Of a stretch of 64,000 nt of DNA, positions 47,023-61,200 are shown one piece after another (the stretch's first letter is position 1; the number at the start of each line of letters is the position of its first letter). A model generated the notes under the pieces. It did not search any database and was not told where the DNA came from. It saw only the letters and a program-made list of their open reading frames with translations. The position numbers were made by a program, and so were the translations under genes. This DNA comes from Amphiscolops sp. MND2022 (taxonomy: Eukaryota), in assembly GCA_964187785.1 (NCBI GenBank), contig OZ076409.1, positions 58,034,001-58,098,000 on the forward strand, written 5' to 3'.

Positions 47023-50000
47023 GGTTATTGTTATTAGCCCACTGAAAGAACCTTTTTGGTAAAAGTGTTCCAAAATTGAAACTTATTCACCAAGGTGACA
47101 ATGCAATGACGACAAAAAGAAAAGTCCAAGAAACCATTGAGTTCAATTTGTACATTTTTGCTTCTCAATGGAAACCTTGTAATGGCAGGTGAAACATCAG
47201 TAGGTAGTGGTTTCTTCTTAGCATAAAGCTAATAGATTTAGGAAATTAAACTTTGTTGATATTTTTGACGAGAACTGTGACTGAACAAAAGCAAACAAAA
47301 CAGTAAATTATTTTCAAACAACATCTTGCTGCGAATATTTGTCGCTGATGCAAGTTTAACAGTATGAAATAATGGATGCTCCAAAACTTCCAGTGAAAGA
47401 TTTATTGGCTTGGTGAAAAGATGTGTAAATTTTTAAACCTTCATTATGCGTTGAGACGTCTGAAGTTAAGTTTCGATTGAAATGTTTCAAAAAGAAATAT
47501 ACTTTCATTTGTTGCTAATGAAGCACGAGACTTAAAGTAAAGAGGTTTTCTCAGATGTTTATTGGTGCCATGGGAAGTAATTTTTTGTCTTAAGAATATC
47601 ATTAAATTTCATTGAAAATTTGAATTCATTATTTGTTGCATCTATCTGATCGAAGCACCTGAGACAAATTTACATGTCTGTTTGATTACGAAATTTGTAC
47701 AAAAAAAATGCTTGAAACGGTCAATATTTGGAACTTTTTGAATTTTGGGGAGGCATTTTCAGATTTTGTGAACTAACTATTTCAAATTTCTAATCTGAAA
47801 AGCACTCTGTGTTCATTTCAACGCCTGAAGACGCCTGCCATGCCAACATGATAGAAATATGGCTCTATTATTATATATAATGTACGTTTTTTGTCGTATT
47901 TACTTATCTATGGGCGATATTAAGTCATATAATAAAATTCATGGTTGTGCGCAAATCTACGTTAATATTCTACTCCCCTACCTTGAGTTTGAGCTATGTA
48001 TTATTTTTTATGAGCCTCCTGAATCACTACTGTGCATATATGTTTGAAATACTGGTCAAAACCCAAGCAAAAACAAATCACAAAACAGAGGAAAACGTAA
48101 CACTGAATTCAAGTTCACCGATGATAAAAGCATGAAAGGTGTGAGACTCCGGCTAGTTGAGTCTCACAACGAACTGTCGTGTCTTAAATATCACCTCATT
48201 ACGTAACCATCGCACAGAGCGATTTGTTTAGACAGAGCTATGATATACGACATGGAAGTGATGAATAATCCCCGTCAATTATATTTCACTGATGTGCTGA
48301 AATACCAACGATGTAAATGAGATGCGAATTTCCCATCGTTTCTGCATCTCTACAGCAGTACAAGCCAATTTGAAATGTGACGATGAAGAAACGATGGAAC
48401 TTCAGTACTCTTTCCCTCGAAGCTACGTTCTACAAAGAATCCATCAATTTCTAATCACCGTTGCTTCCATTCTCAAATAATGAAACTCATTCATCGTTTT
48501 CGAATCTACTAGCATAGAAACATGAAGACACAACAGAAACAGGTGCAAAACGGTGCAAAATGATGATTTTCATTTCCCCCTCCTAAATAGCTGTCTAGCT
48601 GCAGCAAAATCATCGCTTTTACATCTAACATTCTGATTCGCTGCTAGTTAAATTCCCAAACACTTCGATTTCAACGGTTTCAATTCCTATAATTTTTACT
48701 GCATGGTCATGATTCAATGATGATAATTATTCAAAGTAAAATAGTCTCATTATATTGTCATGTAAATTATTTCAAATTTTGCTTGGCGCGCATTTATGAT
48801 TGGTAGTTTCTCAACACCATCGACAGCAACTGGTCACGTGACCGAGTATCAATTAGCACGTTAGTCCAACCCACGAGAGCACTCGGATGGTAAGAAATGA
48901 GGCTTACCACCTACCGCGCCGGTCTACCAACCAACTATCATTAATCCAATTTGTGTACTGACTACAATACGCTTTTACGACATATTGATTTCTGCATTTG
49001 TAATTCATCTTTACCTTCAACTTATCAATACAATTCTTATCCAACTAAACTTTCTTTCCTACATTACATGAGCCATCTCTCTCCTAGACGACTTAGAAAC
49101 GGAAAACTATTTAATGAAGAAAATTCTAATCATACTGACGCCTTTTCCCACATAAATCTAAACGGTAACATGGGAGACGCGAATAGTAACACGAACGGTT
49201 GATATAGAGACCCACCATGAAAACGAAGAACGTTTTAATAGACTTCAAACCCAAATGTCTACCTTAAAGCAATGATGGAGAAATTATTAGAACATAATGG
49301 CGAGAAAGTTAGGCAAGTTGACGCCGTCTCAATGACATCTTCGTTTGTCGTACAGGCGTCCAACAAACGTTCTAAATCTGAACAAAAAGACGCGACATAA
49401 TGGCCAAATTTGGAAAACTTTCTTTTGTTGAGGGTTATTTTTTGAGCATTTTTGTCCGTAAACTCCAAATTCTTGTTCGTAAAAAAGTGCCCGATGATTA
49501 CTTCGTCTTTTAAATTTTTAATTAAATCTCTCAAAATTTCGGAATAGGGTACGAAAGTAGACGAAGTGTTTGAAAACGGAAATTGAATTTTATTGTTTTT
49601 TGGGCATTTTGAGGTTTTTTTAAAAAAAATAAAACGTCAAATTACGTAAGAGCGTACAGAATGGCTAGCTGGTCCTTTCCAGATTTTTATGGATGATGTG
49701 TATTTTATCGAAACTTCCGGAAACTGTACCAAAATTGTCTAATGGAGTGTAAATGTAGTCTAAAAGAGTGGAATTCTCTTCAAAAAGAATTTCGATTAGT
49801 TTTTAGTTCCCCTTAGATGCTCTTCGATTTTCTAACCCCACAAAGTAGGCAAAAGCTTTACAAAAATTCATAAAAACTTAATCAGGAAAAACTTTTGAAA
49901 TGTAATTTGTGTTTTTCAGGTTTGTAAATGTATTTTTATGTAATTTGGGGGTCTGTTTGGGGTCAACAAAAAATCCAAAAAACTGTACAAGGACATATTT

Positions 50001-50762
50001 CACAAAATTAAGTTAGTTTCACTTGAATTCCAGCGGCGCACCCCTGCAAATGAGGCACGAAATGGGCGCAAATGGCAACTTTTATGGGAGAGATGGAACT
50101 ATGGGCGGAAACTAACAATCAGCGGAGACTTGAGGGAGGGAATGTGGGGCTGAACAATTTTGAGGTACAGTATAGAAATGAAAATCAATGAGTTTTCAAA
50201 GACACAAGTAAAAGTATATACAATAATAGAAACTGTCATGCAAAATAGCAAGAAAGTACAGACAATAAAAATCAATCAAGATAGAGAAACGCGTAACCGC
50301 AGCTCGCGCGCTGGAGCAAGTCACCCCAAAATTTCAGTTCATGTTCGAGAAATGAAACGCGACACACTTATGGCGTCGGTCTTTTACTGCTGCTGCAGTG
50401 TTACAAGGCAATGTGGAGGTCTTCCAAACGGCACCCAACCGGCTAATACAGTTTTGTTTTGGGTGTGATCGCACGTGAAATGACTTTTTTGAGCTCAGTT
50501 ATTTTATATGAAGTTTTGAACTTTTTCAACTAAGTTACTGACAAAATGAAACCTACATGTTACTTGGTCTCTACATTAAGGAAGGTTAGTGCGAGACTTG
50601 TAAGCAAAAGCAAATTGTACTTTTTTTCTCAGTATTTGGTACACAAAACAAATTTCTTCGAAAATCACAGCTATACCTAAATCAAGTGTTCAACTTGATT
50701 TTTTGACGTTTTAATAAATTAGTTGAAAATTAAAACTTGTTGAAAATTAGTTCCACCAGTGA

Positions 50763-52106
50763 TGTGATAATCCTCTTCCCCTGGGTCTAATTTGAAATTA
50801 TTGCTGTATCTAAGGTGGGTCATTCCAATATAGTGGTTTAGCAAGATTTCTTAAGTCTTTCATTTCAGAGGCTCTGAGAGAATGATCCTCATCTTCTGAA
50901 TCTGAGTTTTCGTTGTTTGATGCGTGAGTTCCTACAGGCTTATTGTTTTTGGATCCAGAGGTTGTGTATGTCGAGTTTCGTTCGTTTCAGATCTTGGATT
51001 TGTCACTAAGGATGCACTTTTCTTAGTTCGAATTTCTTTCAGGATTGCTTCAAATTGTTTTTCGTTTCTTCTCCCATTTTTACGATTCTCTCGTTACTCT
51101 TTTGTTCGATAACGTGAGTTCATCCTTGAAACTCGCTGCTGATTTGACTAGATTCATTTAACTGAGATCCTAATTTATTTTTACTTGAACTTTCTTGAAC
51201 ATTGATATTGAAATTAGTCACATTTCCTGGGTTAGGCGTCTCAACTTGTCTTAGGTTATCACTTGTGTCTCACACTGGGGAAGGTTTTTCCAACATCCTA
51301 GAACTTCTATTTTGTCTATTTCTTATCTTTCTCAAGTGAAAACAAACTTACAAAGAAAAAGACTGAATTTCGTTGCAGGTATTTAACAGAAACAAAGTTC
51401 AACTGGGGAACAGATTCGTTGGAATATTTACAAACTGGATGAAAATGTCACTTTACAAAATAACTCCGCTTGATGGAAGTTACTTCTCGAATGAATCGGG
51501 GTTTGAATTATACAGCTGAGCTCCAGACAAGTCTGGGAACCCTATAAATGAGTATAAATCAACGTACGCTGGTAATTCTACGACTATTCATCAACAAATG
51601 GAGTTACAACTCCATTTTAAAGATGGTTAAGCTAAAAACGCATAATGACGTATACTCACTACACATCGAACTGTATAGTACCGTATATAGGTAGCTATGC
51701 GGAAAAGCTGATAATGACGAGAATACATTTCCACTCGAACCGCATGTTGACGTATAAACACAATACCTTGAAAGGTAAATTACCGCATAGTTATCAGCAC
51801 ACGTAGTTGTTTAATAGCATCACAAGTTGCATGTTACCTCATCTTTCAATCATATGCCTCATTGGGATGGTAATGGGTTGTGAGACTTTAGTTCTCAATT
51901 CAAATCAGGGTTCATCATTTCATATCAGAGGGTTATATTTGGGACAAAAATATTATGCAAACAGCACATTTACATGACATCAATAAAACAAACAGGGGAC
52001 AAGTAAAACCGTCATTTTATCAGATTTAAAGTTTGAGTTAACTTCAGTCTTTGTTCACCTTCTTAATTTTGCTCTCGGGGTCCAACACAGCTATTGGGTT
52101 TTGACG
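50763..52106 (-). repeat. Solo LTR (~1344 bp) related to 38079-39337
   Basis: TSD AGTGA at 50758-50762 and 52107-52111. TG...CG ends (terminal A mutated). Similar to the 38-39 kb LTR. Confidence 0.8.
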
Positions 52107-55100
52107 AGTGAGAAGGCGAAGATTCGGTCCGTTTTTCTGACAAAACGTGTTAGCAAAGCAAAAACACTCTTTGCATGAAGTATTGAAAACCATAAATAAC
52201 AATGTTGCAGCACGGGTAGAACAACAAACTCCAGTCCGAATTCAATTGAAAGAAGGCGTGGTTCAAATCTTACCTGTAAAAACACTGGGCGAGTTTTAGT
52301 AAAGTCGTTTTCTTTTTTTTTCAGAGAGAAAATTAGGAAGTAGTACTTGAGAGTGCGTTGGTTTTGGTGTCAATAGGTTGATGTACATTCACTGAGCAAT
52401 TGCTGGTTAGAATCAAATCAAAAACCAAAGGTATTTGAGGTTGTCTATGGTACACCATTTGGTATTGAGGAACTTTACACTGTGTCAGGGAAGTGGTGTT
52501 GTGAGCATGAGCATACTTTTGTGTTGGGTTGGGAGAAATCGAACATTAGGAGGATCCCGTGAAAACGAACGTAACTGTGTTCCAAGATTGCGATTTCAGG
52601 TTGCTACTAACCCATTTTTCTATTGCGAAAATGGAGGCCAGTGAGAGATGTTTACATTTAAGAGTGAGCATGAATGAGTCATGTCTTGGCTGAAAAAATC
52701 TGAACCACTATCTGTAACCAGATTTTGCCGACCAACTTTTCGGTGGAACAGGGCTTTGGTGACAATAAATTGAGTAAACGAATCAAAAATTCCGAAAATG
52801 TGAATAATACGTTGTAGAGTTATGGAAAAAGGCTTTCAGTGGCTATGGAGAGGCAACAAATAAGATGTGTGACATTTCCATAAAAAACAAGTGGAGTAGA
52901 CATATTATCGGACTTGATGGCAAAATGTTCGTTTTTGTAAAAAGAGACAATTTTATATGAATGCATAAAACTTGAGTTTGAGGTGAGGTAAACAGCAAAA
53001 TTAATTGAAGGATTTCACTGATAATTTTTCTCGCGTGAAAGAAAACAAAAAGTGATTAAATTCAAATTTAATTGAAAACAAAACTTGTTGCCTTGAGGAA
53101 ATTGCTTAAAAGTTAGGACACTTTCGAGTTCAATATTGTATTGGTTACAAGTTATGGTCACTATAGAGGTGTGGAAACGGTTTATAATAAGTTTAAAGAA
53201 AAGAATTAGCTTTAATAATAAGGGTGCGTTTTTGAGGTCAGTCGTTTGGAGTCTTTTGCAGAGTCGTTTCGTGACGTCCATCAGTAATCGGAAGGGTTAA
53301 AAGTGTATCTGAAAGCAGAACGAAGCTTCCAAAAACCTTACAGTGATTGATAAACGATGGCTTGAAGGGTATATTATGGTTATTTTGATTGGCGTTAGTT
53401 TCAGAGATTGTGAATGGAGTTAGAAAAAAATGTCTATTTATGGCGTTTGTGTAGAGAAAATTTTTGAATTTGAGTCAGTGTGGATCGAAAAAGTTGTTAT
53501 GGGGGAAAATTCATTGAATGTAGAGGTTGTCTTATTCATAAATTCAAACTCATGAGAAATACTTGGTTAACGTTTACATGTTGTATCATCAACATCATTA
53601 ACACCACTTTCTTTTCAAAGTGGGTTTCGCAGTGAAAAAAATTGGTTTGATTTTCAATGGCTTTTTTGGTATTGGTATTGGAAGAGGGGACAGATTGATC
53701 AGAGGACATTTTAGTACATCCAACGACTTGAATTCGAATAACAAATTGGTTGTTGTCAAAATCTGCAAGGACTAGGGGCGAATCATTCTTTTAATGGAAT
53801 GCACTTCAACGTTTTTGATTGAGAAGTAAGCGTGTCCTAATGAATTATCAGGCAGGTAAAAGTTGAGTGAACTCAATGTGTGGGGGGAGATATTTTTGTT
53901 TCACTGACATTTTTGTAGCTTTGTGGAAGAGTCTATACTAGGCTTACATCAATTGAGAATTTCATTGAAATCAGCTGGGCTTTATATTGTCCTGGTGTGA
54001 GGTTTGAGCTGTTAAAAAGTGTTGTTGTAGTTTCTTTTAGATGTTTTATTACAGACATAAGAAGTCTAAGATTATAACAGCGGGGTCGTCTTACTTTTAC
54101 CTTATAGCTAGCTAGGTCTAAGTACAATCTATTTCTGAGATCTCAGTTCTTGAAGTGTTGGAGATAAGGCCGATCGTCAGGATGAATTCTCAATTTCTCC
54201 GAGTAGATATATTCTATTAACTAGGGTAGGTTTCATCAATTAACAATGTGACAGCAACAGGATGAATCTAGGAAGCTTGTTACAGGATATATTAAGTGAA
54301 GTTTCTTCTAGAATAATTAGCTTTCAAATGAGATTACATTTACTAATTGCTTTGGTTAAGAGTTCAGAGTATTTCAGATTTATAGAATCTTTGAGGACAT
54401 GCATCATGGCATCACAATCAACCGGGATTTAAAAATTAAAATTACATATATGCACTTTGGGTTTGAGGAGTTCTAAAAGTTTTTGTTTCAGATGTTATAT
54501 GCATGGGTTTGTTTCATATGTACTGTACTTGAGTTGCATGAGTTTCGTTCTGTAGTGTACCATACTTAAGGAGTGAGAACAACCTAAGACGATTTGACTT
54601 CTTACGTCATAGACGATTCAATTGGTGCAAAAAGGTTCAATTTCTTTCAGTTTCTTTGACTGACAGTTTTTCGGTTAAGTTATTGTTGACAAGTATTTAT
54701 TATTTCATGTTTCTTTTCGTATCAGCCATGGGCTTGTTTGAAAAATTTTTCTTCATCAACATGAGTTAGTCAGCATTGAAAACTTTTCAAGTTGAAGAAT
54801 TAAAGCGTGAAGTTGTCAATGAGTTGTGAACCAACATTGGCGGGTATGTGAACCAAAAGTGAAGAAGCTTCGAAAAGTCAAGGTTCTAGTGAGAGTTCAT
54901 TTTCAACTAAAGTGAAGAGAAGAGCAGAAGCAAAAAGTTCAAGAAAGAAAATAACTTTGTCAACTGCAGATTTCAAACATTGAAAAACGAGAAGTTACAG
55001 TTTTGAAAAGTTCAAAAGAAAAATTTTGAAAATTTTTGGGGATTGCTTTTGAGAAGTAAAACAAAGTTGTAGAACATGTTTTGTAAAAGAAAAAATTGTC

Positions 55101-55474
55101 AAAAATCTTAGAAAATTTCTCGTGCTGTAAGTTGGACTTGTGTTCTGTAAAAGATGTGGGTTATAGAATTGTTAAATAGATGTATTATGCACATAACAAT
55201 GGGGATATAATTTGGGAAGATATATTTTGTGGTTACAAAGATAATTACAGATACAATTTTGTAAGGATTTAGCAATAGAGAGGTAATTATAACACGATTA
55301 TAGAAGATTAAGATTATAAGATTGTATAGCACTACACTGTATTGGAGTTATGTGATTAAAATGGGTTACAATAAGCTACAAGTTATATTTGTTAAAATTG
55401 ACTGTATAGTTCAGTTTGAAACTTGACTCAATTTGGATTATATTGTTTGAAATCTGGAGTGTAGTCCATTGGAG

Positions 55475-55620
55475 TGTGAAGACCAGTCAAGAAGTTGACG
55501 GACATTGAAGTGTGAAGACCAGTGAAGAAGTCGACGGACATTGAAGTGTGGAGACCAGTGAAGAAGTCGGCGGACATTGAAGTGTGAAGACCAGTGAAGA
55601 GGCAGGTTGAGAAGACCAGT
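55475..55620. repeat. 36-bp tandem repeat, about 3.5 copies
   Basis: Unit GTGTGAAGACCAGTGAAGAAGTCGACGGACATTGAA. Confidence 0.8.
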
Positions 55621-56906
55621 GACGAGGACAAGAATGTTGACAACGTCTGCGAACCCAGAGTGTGGGTGGATGATGTTGACCATCGTGTGTGGGTGAAGTG
55701 AAGAATGTCAGCATGTGTAGGAGAAGTTCTTTTGAGGAGTGATCAGCAACCACATTTCATTGCATCATCGAAGGAAGATGAAGGATTGAAGGCGAAATGT
55801 AGTTGAAGAGTGAAATAAAAGTGAGTAGAAGTTTTGTTTTGTAGATTATTGAAACAGAGGATGTTGCGACGGAGGATGAGCTTGGTGTTGCAGCGGGTCA
55901 TATAGTTCTAGTTTTTGAGTATACCCGAAATCTTTAAGCATGTTTTTAAAAGCGTCAGTGGCTTCTTGAAGAGCGGTACGGAAGTATTGATCCTTTGAAG
56001 TAAAGGAGGAATTTAAGACGAAAACGACATTGGACGCCGTTTCGCAAATTGCAACTTTGGGTCCTTCGAGGTGAATACGCGAGTATTGCTCAAATGAATT
56101 TTTTTTTCTTCTTTATTTGGGTGACATTGTAGAGGACCTTTAAGAAAGCAATGAGACATTTCGGAGTTATTTTGTTTTTGTTTATTTCGAGCGAGAGTTT
56201 AAAAGCCATGGTGTGGAAATGGCGGCTTTGAGGCTATGCACTTTTGAGAAATCTGAGGTCATGGTAATAATGTCTTCTGTTTCAGCATTGGGAGCCTTGG
56301 TGACGACGTTCTGAAGATCGTGAAGAGAGAGAAGTAGAAATGTTCTGAAAGAATGCGGAAGGAGGAGGAAGAAGAATAGATGTTTCTAAAACAAAGGAAG
56401 TGTAAGAAGAATGACAATGACACGTCAAAGGAGTACAACAAAAATAGGTGCTAGAATGTATCATATTTAGTTTTTTCCTATACTGTCTTGTATGTCTTGT
56501 ATCGTAGTTTTTTTGATAGAAGTAGTTATTTTTTTGACATGTACTATAGGACAAAAAATGTACTTGAAAGATAGTCCTGAGATTGTATTCAGAAAGCAAG
56601 ATATTACTTTGATTAAGCAGGTAAAAATTGAAATACCTTTGATAATGTGTCAAAGATGTATCATAGATTGTTCCAGAAAAGAAAATTAAGAAATTTGCAT
56701 TACCTGTAGGAAAGTTTAATGAAGGTTAGTTGAATTGAAAAGAGTAGTTATAGTTTCCAAAGCAGATTGAATTGCTTGGGATGATTGAGTGATGCGTTGA
56801 GAATCTAAATCGAGTGTCTTAAGAAGTTTGTGTGTTCTGTCATAGCAGTGTAGTATATGTGTGAGTGTTGTGATAGGTGTTTCAGAGGAGTTTCGTTTAT
56901 AGGGTT

Positions 56907-57832
56907 TGTTGGCGCCAGTCATCAGAAAGCAGAGAAAGTCGATTTGGAACATGCTGGTTGAGAAACAAGAACTTAACTCTTAGAAACTTAGATGAAAATT
57001 TGAAGAAAACCCTCACATTGCAAATCTTTAAACCCCCCCCCCAAATGGGTTTTTTTTCGAAGTCTCTCAGTCATAGAGCCATGAAACTTGGCACACATAC
57101 GCAGATAGCTAACACGAACTCACCGGCTAAGTTTCAAGGTCATTCACCCATTATAACCCCCTTTACCCCTCACATGTGTGGTATTCAAGGTCATTGAACC
57201 GAAAATGTAAACATTGCTATTTACCCCTATGACCACATTAGAATGTAACTCTGTTGAAATTTAGTGATGTTCACATTGTGTAAACATACTTTCTAACCCA
57301 CCTGACCAACATGCCAAAACCACCACATTCTTTGTTTACATAGCCAATAACTTCATATTATGCCTTAAATATCATTTATTTATATAACATATTTTAACTC
57401 ATATTTGCTTATATTTACTGTAGAATTGTAAACCACATTTATACCATTATTAGATAGACATTTTCTCCACTGTATAGCTATAGTCAAGTTGGGTCTCAGG
57501 ACCGCGAGACTAATTAATCTACTTCTCAATCTTCACAACTTTTCGCTAGAGTCAGAGCGACTAAGTAGCTACTCTCATAGTTGGAGAGCCGGAGCGCGTG
57601 AAGACACTGTGAGGGAAGTGTGTGTGCAGGATCACATCGGATCCAATTCAGTGCAAAGCGGAATCGCAGGAGATTCCACGGGTCACATCGGACCCATCAA
57701 GCCAAAAGATACAGTCCTTTAAAACAAGAAACCAGGAATTGTTTAGTGACGGTCCACAGCACTAAGCAACGGATCAGGACGGCGTAAAGCTTGTCAAGCC
57801 TCAGCGCAGGATAAGGGCAAGCAGCCGTTACA
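56907..57832 (+). repeat. BEL 5' LTR (926 bp)
   Basis: Direct repeat of 62560-63502. Confidence 0.95.
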
Positions 57833-57842
57833 TTTGGTCCGC

Positions 57843-58220
57843 CGACCCGGACAACTCGTTGGTGGACGACCCGGACAACTCGTTGGTGGACGACCCGGAC
57901 AACTCGTTGGTGGACGACCCGGACTAGAAGAAGACGACTCGTTGGCAGACAACAGAAGATTGCCCAAGAACTGGGTCTTGGAGTCTCTGATTTCGTGTCT
58001 CTGGGAGATTGGGCTATTGTGACTCTGGCAGATTGGGCTACTGTGTCTCTGGGAGATTGGGCTACTGTGTCTCTGGGAGATTGGACTACTGTGTCTCTGG
58101 GAGATTGGGCTACTGTGTCTCTGGGAGATTGAGCTAATGTGTGTCTGGGAGATTGGCCTTTTGTGTCTCTTGGATATTGGGCCATTGTGTCTCTGGGTGT
58201 TTGGGCTATTGTGACTTTGG
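57843..58220 (+). repeat. Two 24-bp tandem arrays in the BEL 5' UTR
   Basis: CCGGACAACTCGTTGGTGGACGAC x3 (57847-57918). CTGTGTCTCTGGGAGATTGGGCTA-like units x~9 (57993-58220). Confidence 0.9.
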
Positions 58221-58248
58221 GAACTGAGTTCAATCAAGAAGAGAAGAG

Positions 58249-61200
58249 ATGGCTCAACTAAAACGGTTTGATATCAACAAAGTTGAAACTTTTCTGAAGA
58301 ACTCTGCAGACAAGGCCCAAACTTTGAGTTATTGGAATGCAGCTGTCGAGCACGGCAAGACGATCAGAGGAATTGATGAAAACCTAGCTAGCAATGATGA
58401 CAACAAACAGATAGCAGAGCTACTGTTACGACGAATAGATGCCATAAACAGGCGAGAACGACTCATTAAGGCAATCCAAAATGCAATCAAAGTCAAGTAC
58501 CAACCACAGGTACCAAAAATGTTCTCAACTGTGATCAAAGCGATGCAGAGCCGATTTGTTGAGTTGCAGCGACAAAACTCTAACACTGGAAGGGTGATAG
58601 TACTGATGTCAGCATTGCAAGATGAAAATCAGATACTAAACTACTTGGATCTTGACGAGAAGAAACGTTCTATTGATAAACTAATGGTTAGCAACGAAAA
58701 GTTGCGGGAAGATTCAATCGCAAATGGCAAAATTGTCGACGAAGAAGATTATGCTGCAGCATGTCGAGAATTGCTGCAGAAATGGTCTGACATTAAAACG
58801 AAGATTGAAGATCTGCTGAAGACCGGAGAAGGAGGAGCCATTTTGCGAAGTCTTGAAGACGCTGAACAAAGACTGGCAGACGCTCGTGTAAACTCGACAG
58901 CAGACAAATCCAGTAAAAATTGTACCTCGCCACAAAAGGAACCACAACCAGACGATGAGAAGACCGAAGACAATGGTCATAACGCGGATGACGGCCAAGA
59001 GCGGGAAGAAGGTACTAGATCATTGCCAATAGAAGAATTGAGCATACATTCGCGAAGTAAAAGAACCAAAAGCAACAAAACGTCTGTGATTTCAAACACA
59101 TCAAGTGCAAGACGAGTTCTTGATCTAGAGATAAAAGCTTTGAAAGAGCAAGAAGAACTGCAAGCTCGCCTGACGGAACTGAAACAAAAGGAGATAGCTG
59201 ACCTGCAAGAAGAGTTGGCTCGCAAAGCTAGAATAGCTGAAAAAGAAATAGAAAGAGCGAAAGTGTCGAGCAGTGGTGGTTCTAGCTTGAGAAGCATCTC
59301 ACCGGTCGGGACTCCAGATGACAATCTGTCGAAAGTCTCAGATTGGATGAATAAGGCAGAAGAAACTGAAAACGTGGCATCGACGACTAACGTGCCATCT
59401 GTATACCAGCAAACGTCTGTCTCAGCACCAGTAATAACAGTACAATCGATGCATGAAGGACAATGCTCCGCGCTAGTGAGGGACTTGAATCCTCCAGTGA
59501 AACCGACTATATCCACCGAAGCCGCTAGTCGAGGTTTTGGAAAGCACAGAACAAAGACTGTCATAGATACTGTCAGTCAAAGAGCAACAGCACAACCAGA
59601 AGTGAAATTCGCCCCATCGAAGCCGTCGATGACTCTCAGTGCAGACCCGAATCTGTTACCGCCTACGTTTGGAGGCATCCAGAGTGGTGCATTTCAAGTA
59701 CCACAGCTTGCGAACACACAGAAGCAGTATAAGCCAAGTCAAGGGCCAAACATAGTGTCAAATGCGAGAGATGACTACTACATCAGATATAGCTTGCCAA
59801 AACTGAAGCTGGCAGAGTTTTCCGGTGACCCATTGGAGTGGCCAGAGTGGTCACAACTCTTTCAAGCAACCGTCCACGCAGCCAATATGGACGACAGTGT
59901 AAAGATGAATCACCTGAAAACAATGGTCACGGGCAAAGCGAAAGAGGCTATTGCTGGTCTGGGTTACACTGCTGAGATGTACAATGTGGCGTGGAACGTT
60001 CTAGTTCGAAACTTTGGAAAACCTCAAATGGTTGTGAACGCCCAGTTGAAGCGAATCTATTCGTTCCCTCCGATGAAACCTTATGATGGAGCCGCATTGA
60101 TCAAGTTTGCGAGAATAGTGTCGAGTTGCGTGAATGTTTTGACACAATTCAACTACGTGGGAGACCTAAACTCAGAAGGAGTTTTAGGCAGTGCCACAAG
60201 GAAGTTAACACAGGACACGAAAACGAAGTGGCTCATTTATGTCAAGCAAATGAACCTGTATCAACCTGGACTCGCTGTGTTCAGTGAGTGGCTCAATGAT
60301 ATAGCAGATGTTCAAGATGAATTGCTATTGTATTCGAATCTAAATGCTGATCGCGCAAAGACGAGCTACAAGGAAAAGGCCGAAGGTTCTACGTTTGCAA
60401 CATCAGCACCAGACACAGCCAGTGACAACTCAAAATACCAGCGAGAGTGTGCGTTGAAAGATGGCAAACATCCGATATGGAAATGTGAGAAATTCAAGAA
60501 GATGAACGTCGAAGAAAGAGGACAAAAGGCAAAAGAACTGAAGCTGTGCTTTAAATGCTTGTCAGACGCACATCAGATGAGAAATTGCTCTGGTAGACTC
60601 TGCGACGTCAATGGCTGCGGAAAACCTCATCACCGATTGTTACACCGACCTTACAAGAACGAGGAACAGATGCAAAATGTTGAAAATGTCGATGAGGTCT
60701 CAAACCTGTCCTCAATGAGAAGCAGTGGAGTGCTTCCAGTCATTCCTGTAACGATAGGGAGTGGGAGCAAAACTCTGAAAACGTTCGCTTTGTGTGACTC
60801 TGGAGCAAGCCTGTCCTTCGTGGACGAGAGCCTGATGAAAACGCTTAATCTGACGGGACAACTAGTGGATTTGAATGTTGCAGGGATTCATGGTGCGTCA
60901 GATATTAGTAGCAAACGACTAAGGGTCAGGATTGGCGATCAAAAAGGAAAAGTCAAAGAAGATATCATGGCCTATAGTCATCCCGACGTAAATGCAGGAA
61001 ATCGAACGTACAACCTCAAGAAATTGAAGGAAGAATATCCACACCTGTCAGTGCTGAAAGATTCTACCATCAACCTGAAAGATGTAAAAGTCATCTTGGG
61101 ACAAGATTGTTACCACTTGCATAGAACCATTGGGTATAGAAAATGTGGAAAGTCAAAACCTTGGGCCGTATTGACAAAATTGGGGTGGATGCTTAGTGGA

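Noticed and set aside
50304..50330. TCGCGCG..AGCAAGTCACCCC similarity to Polinton 5901-5923
   Set aside because: The match is only ~13-20 bp with no further homology; it may be chance.
57843..58220. Regular 24-bp repeats as a possible CRISPR array
   Set aside because: Units are head to tail with no unique spacers, there are no cas genes, and the context is a eukaryotic retroelement leader.
57697..58237. Minus-strand ORFs with QSPRDTVA / ISQRHSSP repeats
   Set aside because: By-products of stop-free 24-bp tandem repeats on the antisense strand of the BEL leader.
58977..59564. Long antisense ORFs overlapping gag, pol and cargo genes (also 24620-25225 and 33312-33803)
   Set aside because: Shadow ORFs opposite real coding frames with no independent motifs.
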